Shown: positions 44,281 through 54,035 of the stretch, piece by piece
Position numbering within the stretch: position 1 is the first letter of the stretch
How the letters are laid out: each line of letters opens with the position of its first letter
NCBI GenBank assembly: GCA_050250895.1
Contig: JBFWNU010000004.1
Span: forward strand, 334,934-398,933
Direction of reading: 5' to 3'
DNA from: Vulcanimicrobiota bacterium
Lineage (GTDB): Bacteria; Vulcanimicrobiota; Xenobia; Xenobiales; JADMJV01
DNA length: 64,000 bases
Notes under the pieces: model-generated
Seen by the model: the letters and a program-made list of their open reading frames with translations, nothing else
What the model was told of the DNA's origin: nothing
The model's database searches: none
Program-made: the position numbers and the translations under genes

Positions 44281-44941
44281 GCGACGGCTAAGGAAGCCCT
44301 GGTATGGCATCATTGGCGAGCTGTTTTGGGGCTGCTCGCTCACCATGTTCGAAATGGTCAATCTGGGCGGGTTTCCCTGGTGGTGGAAGCTCCACTGGCT
44401 GATGTTTCGCCACTATCGCGGCTTTGATCCCGACGGGCGGGTGCGGCAATTGTACGGCAACAACCCGGGGTCGCTGGCTTATGGTGAAACCCCCGTCTCG
44501 GCCACTCGGCGCATGCTGGCCCTGGCCGAACTGCCGGTAGGTTCGACCCTGGTCGACCTCGGTTGCGGACGCGGCCTGGTAGCCATGGCGGCCGCCTGTT
44601 CAGGCTATCGAGCGGTGGGGGTCGAGGTGATGCCCGAGTATCTCGCAGCCGCTCCGCTCATCACGGCCGCCCTCGACATCGAGGTGGAGTGGCTGATCGG
44701 CGATTTTCTCGAACTCGAACTGCCTCGGGGCGATTGTTATTTCGCTGCCTCGACAGCGTTTCCCCAGCCTGTGCGCGAGCAACTCGGGCAACGCCTGGCC
44801 GAGGTCGGGGCCCCCCTGCTGATCACGCTCGACTGGATCGTCGAGCATCCTGACTATGAACCCATCCGGTCGCTGCGACTGCCGACCACCTGGGGCACCT
44901 CGCTGTTTACCGTCCACCGACTTCGGGGAACAGAGCCTTGA
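44273..44941 (+). CDS. Class I SAM methyltransferase (DOT1-like)
   Basis: YGETP; VDLGCGRG. Confidence 0.8.
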   Translation: MNERRLRKPWYGIIGELFWGCSLTMFEMVNLGGFPWWWKLHWLMFRHYRGFDPDGRVRQLYGNNPGSLAYGETPVSATRRMLALAELPVGSTLVDLGCGRGLVAMAAACSGYRAVGVEVMPEYLAAAPLITAALDIEVEWLIGDFLELELPRGDCYFAASTAFPQPVREQLGQRLAEVGAPLLITLDWIVEHPDYEPIRSLRLPTTWGTSLFTVHRLRGTEP

Positions 44942-46401
44942 TGGATTTCTTACCTGTGCTCTCTGAATCGGCCCAGGCCTTCTGGCGTACCAGTTACGGC
45001 CTGCTGCTGTTTTTGACCCTGTTGCTGACCTGGCCGGCTTCGAAGTGGTTCTTCCGCAGCGAGAAGTGGGGTGGCTATGCCGAATCGAGCCCCACCGTCG
45101 ATCTCGTTCAGAACCCCTTCATCCATCCCCTGGTGATGGGACTGTGGTTCACCTGCGCCACCATGCTGATGCTGGGACGCGACACCGTCCTGTTCGCTCT
45201 CATCAACCTGGGCCTGTGCTGGTATTTTTTCATCTACATGCGTTGGCGCGGCATCTTGCGCGGCATGGGGGCTCCCGGCTTCATGTGTTACTGGATGGGA
45301 GCGGCGGTGCTGTTTCTCGAGGCTGGTCGCCATCTCGACCCCAGCGGCCGCTTGCTGGCGGCGGGTCTTTTCGCCTTTCAGGTCGACTACGCCATCATCC
45401 AGCTGTGTGCGGGCAGCTACAAGCTGCGAGCCGGCTATCCCCGCAACGAGGGCATGCAGTTAGGAATGGCCAATCCCTGGTGGGGCTACTACTGGCGCTT
45501 CTTCAAGCAGCTCGATTACACCCATCCTCTCTACGTCTTTCTCAACCAATCGGCCTATCTGACCCAAATCGGGGCGGCCTTCTTGATGCTCTATCCTCCG
45601 ACGCGGTTGCTGGGAGCAGGCATCATCATGGCCAGCTTCGTGTTCATTCTCACCCAGATCCGCCTGGGTGTGCTGTGCGAGATGGTCATTATCGGCGGCC
45701 TGTTGTTCATCCCAGCCGGCGGCGTGGTCGACGGTTGGGTGACCTGGCTGATGGGGCACCCCCAGGTGCCCCAGAGTCTGCCCCAGATGCCGCCCTGGCT
45801 GGCTACAGGCCTGGCCGCTTTCTTCTGCGTTTATATCGCCTTGCTACCCTTTGCCAAGTTCGGCCAGTGGTATAACTATCTGGCCCACCAGCGTTTGCCC
45901 GAACCTTTTCAGACCTTCCTCGAGAAGTGGACCAACGCCTTCGGCATCATCATCTGGCGCGTCTTCTCGGTGGATGTGGTCAACTTCTTCGTCCGCGTCT
46001 ATCAGGTCGACGGCGATGGCCGCGAGCAAGAATACACCTGTTTCGGAAAGATCGACTGGCCGACGCGCTGGCGCTATATCCATGTGGGCGAGTTCGTCTG
46101 CTTTGCCTCGATTTTCACGACGCTAAAATATCATCCCAGCAACTCGGAGATGTTTCGCGCCAAGCTGGTTCGCTACGCCCGCACCATTCCTTGTCCCTCC
46201 GGAGGCAAGCTTCGCTTTGCCTATTTCTCGCTGGCCCGCGGCCAGGGAGAGATCGAACATCGCCACAGTGCCGACTTCCTCGTCGAGCCCCACTCGGGCC
46301 ACCTCGAGGTGCGCCAGTATGACGACCTTGACCTGAGCAAGGGCCATGCCGTTTCTCCCGTGCGAGAGGGTGCCCGACCTGGAACCTACGCGCCGGCCTG
46401 A
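44941..46401 (+). CDS. Polytopic membrane protein, HTTM-like
   Basis: About 8-9 TM segments; AGSYKL loop; soluble C-terminal domain. Confidence 0.6.
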   Translation: MDFLPVLSESAQAFWRTSYGLLLFLTLLLTWPASKWFFRSEKWGGYAESSPTVDLVQNPFIHPLVMGLWFTCATMLMLGRDTVLFALINLGLCWYFFIYMRWRGILRGMGAPGFMCYWMGAAVLFLEAGRHLDPSGRLLAAGLFAFQVDYAIIQLCAGSYKLRAGYPRNEGMQLGMANPWWGYYWRFFKQLDYTHPLYVFLNQSAYLTQIGAAFLMLYPPTRLLGAGIIMASFVFILTQIRLGVLCEMVIIGGLLFIPAGGVVDGWVTWLMGHPQVPQSLPQMPPWLATGLAAFFCVYIALLPFAKFGQWYNYLAHQRLPEPFQTFLEKWTNAFGIIIWRVFSVDVVNFFVRVYQVDGDGREQEYTCFGKIDWPTRWRYIHVGEFVCFASIFTTLKYHPSNSEMFRAKLVRYARTIPCPSGGKLRFAYFSLARGQGEIEHRHSADFLVEPHSGHLEVRQYDDLDLSKGHAVSPVREGARPGTYAPA

Positions 46402-47494
46402 ATTCGGGCTGGCCACTTCGGCCTTTCAAGTCGAAGGCGGTTGGTCCGAGCGAGGTGCTTCCATTTGGGATGAGGCCTGTCCTCAGGCAGCCACAGCCTG
46501 CGGCAGCTGGCCCGACTTCGAGGGTGAACTGGCCATGCTGGGCTGGCTGGGCGCCGAAGCCTTTCGCTTCTCTCTGGCCTGGCCTCGGCTTTGCCCGGAC
46601 GGACGCCGATTTGAACTTGCTCGGCTGGCCCCTTACGAGCGCTTGGTGGAGCGATTACTGGAAGCCTCGATTCGGCCCGTTCCCACCCTCTATCATTGGG
46701 ACCTGCCGCTGGCCCTCGAGGGCGGCTGGAAAAACCCCGACACGGCCCATCGCTTTGCAGACTACGTCGAGGCGGTGACAGGGCGGCTCTCGGACCGAAT
46801 CGGACAATGGTTCACCCTCAACGAGCCGTGGTGCAGCTGTCATCTGGGCTATGAGACCGGCGAGCACGCCCCCTTCGAAACTTGCCCGCCCCGGGTGGTA
46901 GCCCAGGTTCGTGACCACCTGCTCGGGGCTCATCGCCTGGCGGTCCAGGCCATTCACGCCGCCGGAAGCCGCTGCGGCGCCGCCATGCTGCCGATTCCGT
47001 TGGTGGCCGCCGGACCCGAACACGAAGAGGCGGCCGAACTGGCCTGGCGCGAGGTCAACGATGTCTGGTTCGAGCCGCTCTATCCAGCCGACTTTCTGGG
47101 TCTCAACCTCTACTATCCCACTCTGGTCGAAGCCGTCGACGGCGGCTGGCGAGAGGTTCCCTGGTCGGGACCTCGCACCAGCCTGGGCTGGCCCGTGGAC
47201 CCGGGCTTCTACGGCCCCACCATCGAGAAGGTCCTGGGCCGCTATGGTCCTCAAACTCTGGTGATCAGCGAAACCGGTTGGGCCACCTCTGATGACAGCC
47301 AAAGACAGCAGTGGCTCGAGGCCTCGCGGCTTGACCAGCTGCCGGTCGAAACGGTCTTCTTCTGGAGCCTGATGGACAATCTAGAGTGGCAGCACGGGTT
47401 CGAGCCTCAATTCGGGTTCTTCAGCCGCCAGGGCCAACCCAAACCCAGCGCCGCCTGGCTCAGGCGTAATTGGGGCCAAGCGAGGGGCGACTAG
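46346..47494 (+). CDS. GH1 beta-glucosidase (compact)
   Basis: ATSAFQVEG, FRFSLAWPR, TLYHWDLP, TLNEP, SETG, WSLMDNLEW. Confidence 0.92.
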   Translation: MPFLPCERVPDLEPTRRPEFGLATSAFQVEGGWSERGASIWDEACPQAATACGSWPDFEGELAMLGWLGAEAFRFSLAWPRLCPDGRRFELARLAPYERLVERLLEASIRPVPTLYHWDLPLALEGGWKNPDTAHRFADYVEAVTGRLSDRIGQWFTLNEPWCSCHLGYETGEHAPFETCPPRVVAQVRDHLLGAHRLAVQAIHAAGSRCGAAMLPIPLVAAGPEHEEAAELAWREVNDVWFEPLYPADFLGLNLYYPTLVEAVDGGWREVPWSGPRTSLGWPVDPGFYGPTIEKVLGRYGPQTLVISETGWATSDDSQRQQWLEASRLDQLPVETVFFWSLMDNLEWQHGFEPQFGFFSRQGQPKPSAAWLRRNWGQARGD

Positions 47495-47852
47495 GCCCCG
47501 CAAAACTCGAAGCTCCGGTCGCCCGGGATTCTTTGGCCGCGAAGCGCTCGAGGTATTGACGAAACAAGATCTGGCCGGTCGAATCGCAGGAAAAGGACAC
47601 CAGGCATCGCCAGCAGCCGTTATCGAACTTGACCTGATCGACCCGAGCACTGGCCCGCACGGTGCCGATGGTGACCAGTTGAAAATCGAAGGTCATCGTT
47701 TCGCCCGGTTCGACTCGCACGAAACTCTTGACCAGGACGCGCTGCAAGCCCACCTCGTGGCTCAACATACAGGTTGGGCGATCAGCGCCTACCCGCCAGG
47801 CGAAGATGAGCAGACTAAACTCTAGCTCGTGAAACTCCGGTAACAACGACAA
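47460..47852 (-). CDS. PilZ-like domain protein
   Basis: Beta-rich ~120-aa pattern ending in a helix; purine-rich RBS. Confidence 0.45.
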   Translation of the reverse strand: MSLLPEFHELEFSLLIFAWRVGADRPTCMLSHEVGLQRVLVKSFVRVEPGETMTFDFQLVTIGTVRASARVDQVKFDNGCWRCLVSFSCDSTGQILFRQYLERFAAKESRATGASSFAGPSRPSLGPNYA

Positions 47853-47980
47853 CCCTTCTTCCTCTCTGGAGCTTACAGCATAACTGGCAACACTGCAAGA
47901 TGCCCGAACACGAATTTTAACATTTTTTTCGTCGCATCTTTGCCCGTTCTCTGCTTAAATAGGGGGTAGGAGTTTCTTGT

Positions 47981-48511
47981 ATGGCGACGATCAATCCCAA
48001 TACCCCTCTCAATTCCGTCCTCCCCACCCGACCCGCCGCGACTGGCCTGCCCCTCTCTACTTCGCTCGGCAGTGGTCAGGTCCAGTTTCAGGCCCTGACC
48101 ACCCTCGGTTTGGGTTGGCTCGACTTCGGAGGTGTTACGTCGGCGCAGCACCCTGGTTTCAATTTCGGAGCACCGGCTTTTCCGGCCGGCTTCGGCACGC
48201 CGGCCGCCATCCAGAGCCTGGTGGGCGCAGGCACCTTTCCCGAGTTGGATGTACGTCCTTTCCAGGCGCTCGACGCGGCCACCCTCAACCTGACCCCCCA
48301 GCTGCCCGCGGGCGTGGCGGGCGGCGTAACCGCTCCCAAAATGCCCAGCCTACCAAAAGACTTCGAGAAACAGCTCAAGAAACAGATGGAGCAGTATGAC
48401 AAGGCCATGAAGTCGGCCTTGAAAGGTGCCAGCAAGGGCGATAAGGCCGTCCTCTCGACCTATGAGGCCAGCAACAAACTCTGGCGCCAGTTGCTCGGAT
48501 TGCCCGGCTAA
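47981..48511 (+). CDS. Hypothetical protein
   Basis: AGGAG RBS; Pro/Gly-rich N-half, helical Lys-rich C-terminus. Confidence 0.7.
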   Translation: MATINPNTPLNSVLPTRPAATGLPLSTSLGSGQVQFQALTTLGLGWLDFGGVTSAQHPGFNFGAPAFPAGFGTPAAIQSLVGAGTFPELDVRPFQALDAATLNLTPQLPAGVAGGVTAPKMPSLPKDFEKQLKKQMEQYDKAMKSALKGASKGDKAVLSTYEASNKLWRQLLGLPG

Positions 48512-48547
48512 CGCAGGGGAGAGCCCGCCGAGCGCAAAGGGATCCTC

Positions 48548-48922
48548 ATGCGAAAGATGATTCCGTTGCTATTGCTGATTCTGGCCCTGCCCAGCTGGGC
48601 CGAAGCCCCGACTGTAGGCGGTTGGTGGCGTCTTCATATGACCAACGGACATTGGAAGAAGGAAGTTCGCCTCAACCTCGAGCAAACCGGTGAGCGGCTA
48701 GAAGGCTATCTGTTCGACTCGAGCTTCTCGGGCGGAACCAAGGTCCAGGGCAAGGTCGACGGCGACCGCGTCATGGTTTGGTGCAAGGTCGAGGACCGCG
48801 CCGGGAACTCCGCCGAGTCGACCTTCCGAGCGGACCTCAAGGACGACCAGATGGTGGGCACCGCCGACTACTTTTCCAAGCGCTATGAGTTCACTGCCGA
48901 GCGCTTCGAACCCGAAAAGTAA
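48548..48922 (+). CDS. Secreted beta-barrel-like hypothetical protein
   Basis: Signal peptide ending SWA; GxW...LEQxGxxLxG pattern. Confidence 0.75.
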   Translation: MRKMIPLLLLILALPSWAEAPTVGGWWRLHMTNGHWKKEVRLNLEQTGERLEGYLFDSSFSGGTKVQGKVDGDRVMVWCKVEDRAGNSAESTFRADLKDDQMVGTADYFSKRYEFTAERFEPEK

Positions 48923-48923
48923 T

Positions 48924-49649
48924 CTATAGCCTTCGATAGAGCGAGAGAAACCGTTCACTGGAAGCGGTCAACGGCGTCTTGTTCCAATCGCCGTACCGGG
49001 CCTCTAGAGCCAGCCCCGCCAGCCGGGCCATCAGGTCGAGTTCGCTGGGCCAGACGTAGCGCAATTCGGCCGGATAGCACTCGATGCCCCCCGTGCCCAT
49101 CAAGAGATGGCGGGCCGAGACGCGCTGGCGAACCAGGTCGTGGATGGCGAAGTGGACATGAACACCGTCGTCGGTCATGGCGTAAGCGGCCACCCGCTGT
49201 CCTCGATCAAAGCGAGCCGGGTCCGGCCAGAAAGCCTCGACCAGAAATCGACCCCCGGGCTCGAGATGGGCAGCCACGCACTCCATGCAATGGATTTGAT
49301 GCTCCTGGTCGAGCAGAGCCAGAAAGGTCGAGAAGGCGATGAAGACCAGCCCGTAGCGTCGCTGCAGCTCGAAGTCGCGAAAGTCGGCCCGGTGCACCGT
49401 CAGCTCGGTGCCGCCTGGCTTGGCCCGCAACATCTCGATCATCAGATCGGAGATATCGAGCCCTTCGATCTCGACCCCGGCCTCGGCCAGCGGCAGGGCC
49501 AGCCGGCCGGTCCCGATGCCCAGCTCGAGGACCCGCCGCGAACCTGCCAGTTCAAGCAAAAGCTCGACGGCCCCGGGCTCGGGGTCGGGGTAGAGCCGGT
49601 CGTAGATTGGCGCGATGGTATCCCCGTAGGTGCTGGGGTTATAGGGCAC
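48924..49649 (-). CDS. Class I SAM-dependent methyltransferase
   Basis: VLELGIGTGR, GLDIS, HLEPGG, WPSELDLMA. Confidence 0.92.
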   Translation of the reverse strand: MPYNPSTYGDTIAPIYDRLYPDPEPGAVELLLELAGSRRVLELGIGTGRLALPLAEAGVEIEGLDISDLMIEMLRAKPGGTELTVHRADFRDFELQRRYGLVFIAFSTFLALLDQEHQIHCMECVAAHLEPGGRFLVEAFWPDPARFDRGQRVAAYAMTDDGVHVHFAIHDLVRQRVSARHLLMGTGGIECYPAELRYVWPSELDLMARLAGLALEARYGDWNKTPLTASSERFLSLYRRL

Positions 49650-50626
49650 TAGACGGAGTAGATGCCCATATCGAACAGGGCGTTGGTGAGATAGGCCGGC
49701 AGCACCTCGGAGAAGTTCTCGTTCTTAGGCTGGGCGTTAGCGGCGGCCATCATCTGGCGAGGGTCCATCAAGAAGTTGTCTTGCTGTTTCTGCGATTTGG
49801 CGGCCTCTCGTTCGGCGGCCATGGCCTGAGCCATGTCTCGGTCGTAATCGAGCAGGGCCTGTAAGTCTTCGGAGCCCTCTTCGGCCTGGGCGTGCCGCTG
49901 CTCCATCTCGCGCAGTTGCGAGAGTCCGCTATCGGCTTTGGCCAGGATCTCGCCGGTCGGCGGCAGGTCGATCTTCCAGCGCTCGTCATCTTGATCTTGC
50001 TGCAGCTTGAGAGCCTTTTTCTTGCTGTCGACGACCATCCGCTGGAGCTCGCCCTGCAAGATGGGGTCGTGCAGCGCGCCTTGATTCTGGGCCAAGAACT
50101 GCTTCACATTGGTGGTCTCGTTCTTGGTGAACGACTCGCGCTGGTCGGCGTGCTTGGTGGCCAACTCGTTGCGTTTGGCGGTCTCGAACCCTTCCCGGGC
50201 GAGACGTTGCTGCGGGTTCTCTGGCCCTTTCTCGACCTGGGGGCGGCCCTGCTGATCGAGAGCCACCTCGGGCTTGCCGTCGTTGCCGAATTTGGTGGCA
50301 TAGTGGTTCTCTTCGAAGAACTCTTGCTTCATCTGGCCCAGCTCGTTCTGCAGGTTCTGCTGCAGGTTCTGTCGTTCGCCATAGTGCTGGGTCTGCATCT
50401 GTTGCAGGTTGTTGAAGGATTTCTCGGGGTAGTCTGGGACCTTGAAGTCGAACGTGATGGGGGACTTTAGTTCGGGCTCGTCGCGCTGCAGCAGGTCCAG
50501 ATTGCCTTTCATTGCGTCGGTCTGACGCTGCATCTGCTGGATCTGGTTGCGCATCTGGTTGCCCTGCGTCAACCCTTGAATTGTGTTGATGAGCAAACCG
50601 ACGCCCATTACCGCCCACATTGCCAT
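49649..50626 (-). CDS. Gln-rich coiled-coil protein with N-terminal hydrophobic helix
   Basis: AAGGAG RBS before MAMWAVMGVGLL. Confidence 0.75.
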   Translation of the reverse strand: MAMWAVMGVGLLINTIQGLTQGNQMRNQIQQMQRQTDAMKGNLDLLQRDEPELKSPITFDFKVPDYPEKSFNNLQQMQTQHYGERQNLQQNLQNELGQMKQEFFEENHYATKFGNDGKPEVALDQQGRPQVEKGPENPQQRLAREGFETAKRNELATKHADQRESFTKNETTNVKQFLAQNQGALHDPILQGELQRMVVDSKKKALKLQQDQDDERWKIDLPPTGEILAKADSGLSQLREMEQRHAQAEEGSEDLQALLDYDRDMAQAMAAEREAAKSQKQQDNFLMDPRQMMAAANAQPKNENFSEVLPAYLTNALFDMGIYSV

Positions 50627-50712
50627 GTTGGGACAACTCCTTTTGTCTTTTTTGGAGAGGGCATACTTCTCCAGGTCCCATGCTAACACAAACTATAGGG
50701 CGCAAGTCAAGG

Positions 50713-52872
50713 ATGCCGGGCACTTACGGCGAAACCAAACCCATGGGGCAATCACCAACGGTCCTGGTGGCCGGCGCTGACGAGTCGGTCCGCCAAGCGC
50801 TAGATGTCTGTTTTCCCGATCTCGCCATGGACCGATTCGAGACCGGGCGTGCCGCCATGAATGCTCTGCTCAAGAGCCATTACGATCTGGTCGTGCTCGA
50901 CCATCGACTCCAGAAGCCCGACGGGGTAAAGCTGCTAGAGTACCTGGCCAACCATCCCCGCCTGCGCGAAGCCCAGGTCATTTACTGCCTCGGCAAACAT
51001 GTCGATGCCGCTCTACCCCGGCGTCTGGTCACCGAGCTCGGCGTCACGTCGCTCATCTATCATCCGGTCGAGCCCGAAGAGCTTTGTTTTCAGATGGCTC
51101 GGCTGCTGGGCTTGCCGTCGCCGGTAGCCCTACCCCGCCTGACCGTGGACACCCGGCGAACCACCAGTCGAGGCGACGGTGAAGGGGGGCTCTTGCTAGC
51201 GGTGGGCCTGGGTGAAGACATGGTGGCGGATCTCATCCCGCGGGCCACGGCCCGACGCTTGCGTACGGCCGTGTCCGAAGATTGGCAGAGCCTGACCGCG
51301 GCCGAGTGGATCGAAGACCCACCCCAACTCTTGCTGGTCGACCTCAGCGGGCCCGAACGCAAAGAGAGGATGGCCCTTTTCGGGCGGATTCACGAACTCG
51401 AACTCAACACCCAGGTCATCGCCCTCGTCGGCGAAGAGCTGCAAGACAGGGTCGAAGCTTCCAACCGCGGGGCAGCCCGGGTGCTGACCAAGCCCTTCAC
51501 CATCGAGGCCGTGATGGATGCCATCTATGACGTGCTCGAGAGCAACAAAGAAGAGCAACTCAAGATTCTAGTGGTAGACGACGATCCCCTGACCCTGGCC
51601 AACTTGCAGTGGCTGCTCACCCAGACGGGCTACCGCGTGCAGACCCTGAGCCAGCCGTTGGCCTTTTGGGAATCCCTCGAGTCGTTCGTGCCCGACATGG
51701 TGATCCTCGATGTCATCATGCCAGCCGTGAGCGGTCTTGACCTTTGCCGAGCGGTGCGCACCGATTTGCGCTGGCGCGATCTACCGCTGCTGTTTTTGAC
51801 CATTCAAAGTGACGCGGTGACCGCCCACAACCTGTTTCAGGCCGGGGCCGACGACTTTCTCAACAAGCCCCTGCACAGCCTGGAAGTGCTGACCCGGGTG
51901 ACCAACCGTCTGTCCCGCGCTCGCACCGCCCGCAGCGCCGATCGGGATGGCCTGACCGGAGTGCTGACCCGACGACGGGCCGCTCCCACCCTGCGCCGCC
52001 TGCTGCGCATGGCCGACCGCCGCGACATCCCCTTCTCGTTGTGCGTGCTGGATCTCGACAACTTCAAGCAGGTCAACGACACCCACGGCCACCCGGCCGG
52101 CGATCAGGTGCTGGCCGCTCTGGGCAAACTGCTCCACCGGGCTTTCCGCAACGAGGACGTGGTGGCCCGTTGGGGTGGCGAAGAGTTCGTGGTCGGTCTC
52201 TATGGCATGCCCTCTAGCACCGCCTCACGCCGACTGCGCGGGTGCCTCGAGAAGCTGCGCAAACGGATCTTTCGCGGGCCGTCAGGTCCGTTCGGGGCCA
52301 CCTTCAGCGCCGGGGTGGCCGAGTACCCTCGCGACGGTGAAGACATTCAGACCCTTTACGCCCAGGCCGATGCCGCCCTTTATGAGGCCAAGCAGAAAGG
52401 CCGCGACCAGGTGGTCGAGGTCTCTGAGCAGCGCCAACCAACGGTCAGTCGGGTGGTGCGCAAGGTCGACATCGCACTGGTGGCTCCGGTGGCGGAATGG
52501 AGCCATCTGCTGGCCGACGGCCTCAACGAGACCGGCTACAGCTCGGTGTGGTTCGAATCCACCGAAGAGGCCACCGCTCAGCTGACGGTGACTCCGGCCG
52601 AACTCCAGGCGAAACTGATCGTCTTGGACCTTGACTCCACCGGCAGCCTGCTCGAAGACCTGCGCCTGGACCGCCGACGCGACTTCACCCAGGTCCTGGC
52701 GGTGACGGGTCAGACCAACGCCGAGGTTCGCCTCTGGGCTCTCGACCAGGGAGCCTATGATTGTCTCGAAGCCGGCTGCGGACTGCCGTTGATGTTGCGC
52801 AAGCTGGATCGAGCAATGCAGTTTGGCTACATGTCCGAGCATATGCCTCGGCCGACCGCGGCACGCTCGTAA
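50713..52872 (+). CDS. Diguanylate cyclase response regulator (REC-REC-REC-GGDEF-REC)
   Basis: DLDNFKQVND, RNED I-site, GGEEF; receiver motifs LVVDDD/LDVIMP/KP. Confidence 0.92.
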   Translation: MPGTYGETKPMGQSPTVLVAGADESVRQALDVCFPDLAMDRFETGRAAMNALLKSHYDLVVLDHRLQKPDGVKLLEYLANHPRLREAQVIYCLGKHVDAALPRRLVTELGVTSLIYHPVEPEELCFQMARLLGLPSPVALPRLTVDTRRTTSRGDGEGGLLLAVGLGEDMVADLIPRATARRLRTAVSEDWQSLTAAEWIEDPPQLLLVDLSGPERKERMALFGRIHELELNTQVIALVGEELQDRVEASNRGAARVLTKPFTIEAVMDAIYDVLESNKEEQLKILVVDDDPLTLANLQWLLTQTGYRVQTLSQPLAFWESLESFVPDMVILDVIMPAVSGLDLCRAVRTDLRWRDLPLLFLTIQSDAVTAHNLFQAGADDFLNKPLHSLEVLTRVTNRLSRARTARSADRDGLTGVLTRRRAAPTLRRLLRMADRRDIPFSLCVLDLDNFKQVNDTHGHPAGDQVLAALGKLLHRAFRNEDVVARWGGEEFVVGLYGMPSSTASRRLRGCLEKLRKRIFRGPSGPFGATFSAGVAEYPRDGEDIQTLYAQADAALYEAKQKGRDQVVEVSEQRQPTVSRVVRKVDIALVAPVAEWSHLLADGLNETGYSSVWFESTEEATAQLTVTPAELQAKLIVLDLDSTGSLLEDLRLDRRRDFTQVLAVTGQTNAEVRLWALDQGAYDCLEAGCGLPLMLRKLDRAMQFGYMSEHMPRPTAARS

Positions 52873-52964
52873 AGGCTGACCCAGGGTGGGGCGGGGCCGG
52901 CCCTTTTCATACAAGTTCACACCGTTGAAACAACATGCTCGCTGGCGAAAAGCATGCATGGGGA

Positions 52965-54035
52965 ATGAACCTGAACCCATCCGCCCACACCGTATCCCCC
53001 CACCGCGCCGCGGGTTGTTTCAACTGGCCCGGCACCAAGCCGCCGGAAGAGCCCCCCAAGCCCCCGGCCCCGCCGAACCCGCTCGATCCCCCGGTCAATC
53101 GCGACCGCCTGGTGGACACCTTCATTCGCTTCACCCAGGTAGAAGGTCCCACCCGCAACGAGCGCAAGATCGCTGACGCCATCAAGGCCGAATTGGCCGA
53201 TCTCGGCCTGTCCGCCACCGAAGACGACGCCGGTCCTAAGATTGGTGGCAACACGGGCAACCTGATCGTCAACATCAAGGGCAACGTCGAGGGTGCGCCT
53301 TCGCTGCTGTTTGCTGCCCACATGGACACCGTGCCTCTAGCCGTCGGCGTCAAACCGCAAATCGGCGAAGACGGCATCATTCGCAGCGACGGCACCACTG
53401 CCCTTGGCGGCGACAACCGCGCCGGTGTCTCGGAAATCCTCGAAGCTTATCGCGAGATCAAAGAGAACAACCTGCCCCACGGCGACCTGCAGTTTCTCTT
53501 CACAGTCGGCGAAGAAGGCGGCCTCCTGGGCGCCCGGGCGCTTGACCCCAGCGTGCTGAAGTCTGACTTCGGCTTCGCCGTGGACGTGTTCAAAGCCAAC
53601 CAGCTTTACACCCAGGGACGCCATCTCTTGATCGATGGACAGGAACCCGATTTCTCGCCCGAAGGAGTCCACGCGGCCAAAGACGCAGCCGCCAACTCGC
53701 CCATCATTCCGCCCGAGCACCTCGACCTGCGCCCTGAGGAAGTCGACATCATGAACTTTGCTGGTGGGGCCATGAAAGACATCGGTCTCGAACCCGAGTT
53801 CCACCGCATCGAGTGGGCCGGAACCGACGCCATCGCCCTGCGCCGCCACGGCATGAACGCCATCAGCCTCGGCGCCGGCGAGAACCGGCCTCACACCACC
53901 CGCGAGTTCGTCGAGATCAATGACCTGGTGGCCAGCACCACCCTGATTCGCTCGATGATCGCCAAAGCGGCTGCCCAGGGCATGGCCGCCGCCGCCGTGG
54001 GCGGCCCGGCCGGAGCCGCGCTGGCCACCGCCTAG
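52965..54035 (+). CDS. M20/M28-clan metallopeptidase (peptidase T-like)
   Basis: AHMDTV, LGGDNRAG, GEEGG, AGTD, PHTTRE. Confidence 0.85.
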   Translation: MNLNPSAHTVSPHRAAGCFNWPGTKPPEEPPKPPAPPNPLDPPVNRDRLVDTFIRFTQVEGPTRNERKIADAIKAELADLGLSATEDDAGPKIGGNTGNLIVNIKGNVEGAPSLLFAAHMDTVPLAVGVKPQIGEDGIIRSDGTTALGGDNRAGVSEILEAYREIKENNLPHGDLQFLFTVGEEGGLLGARALDPSVLKSDFGFAVDVFKANQLYTQGRHLLIDGQEPDFSPEGVHAAKDAAANSPIIPPEHLDLRPEEVDIMNFAGGAMKDIGLEPEFHRIEWAGTDAIALRRHGMNAISLGAGENRPHTTREFVEINDLVASTTLIRSMIAKAAAQGMAAAAVGGPAGAALATA

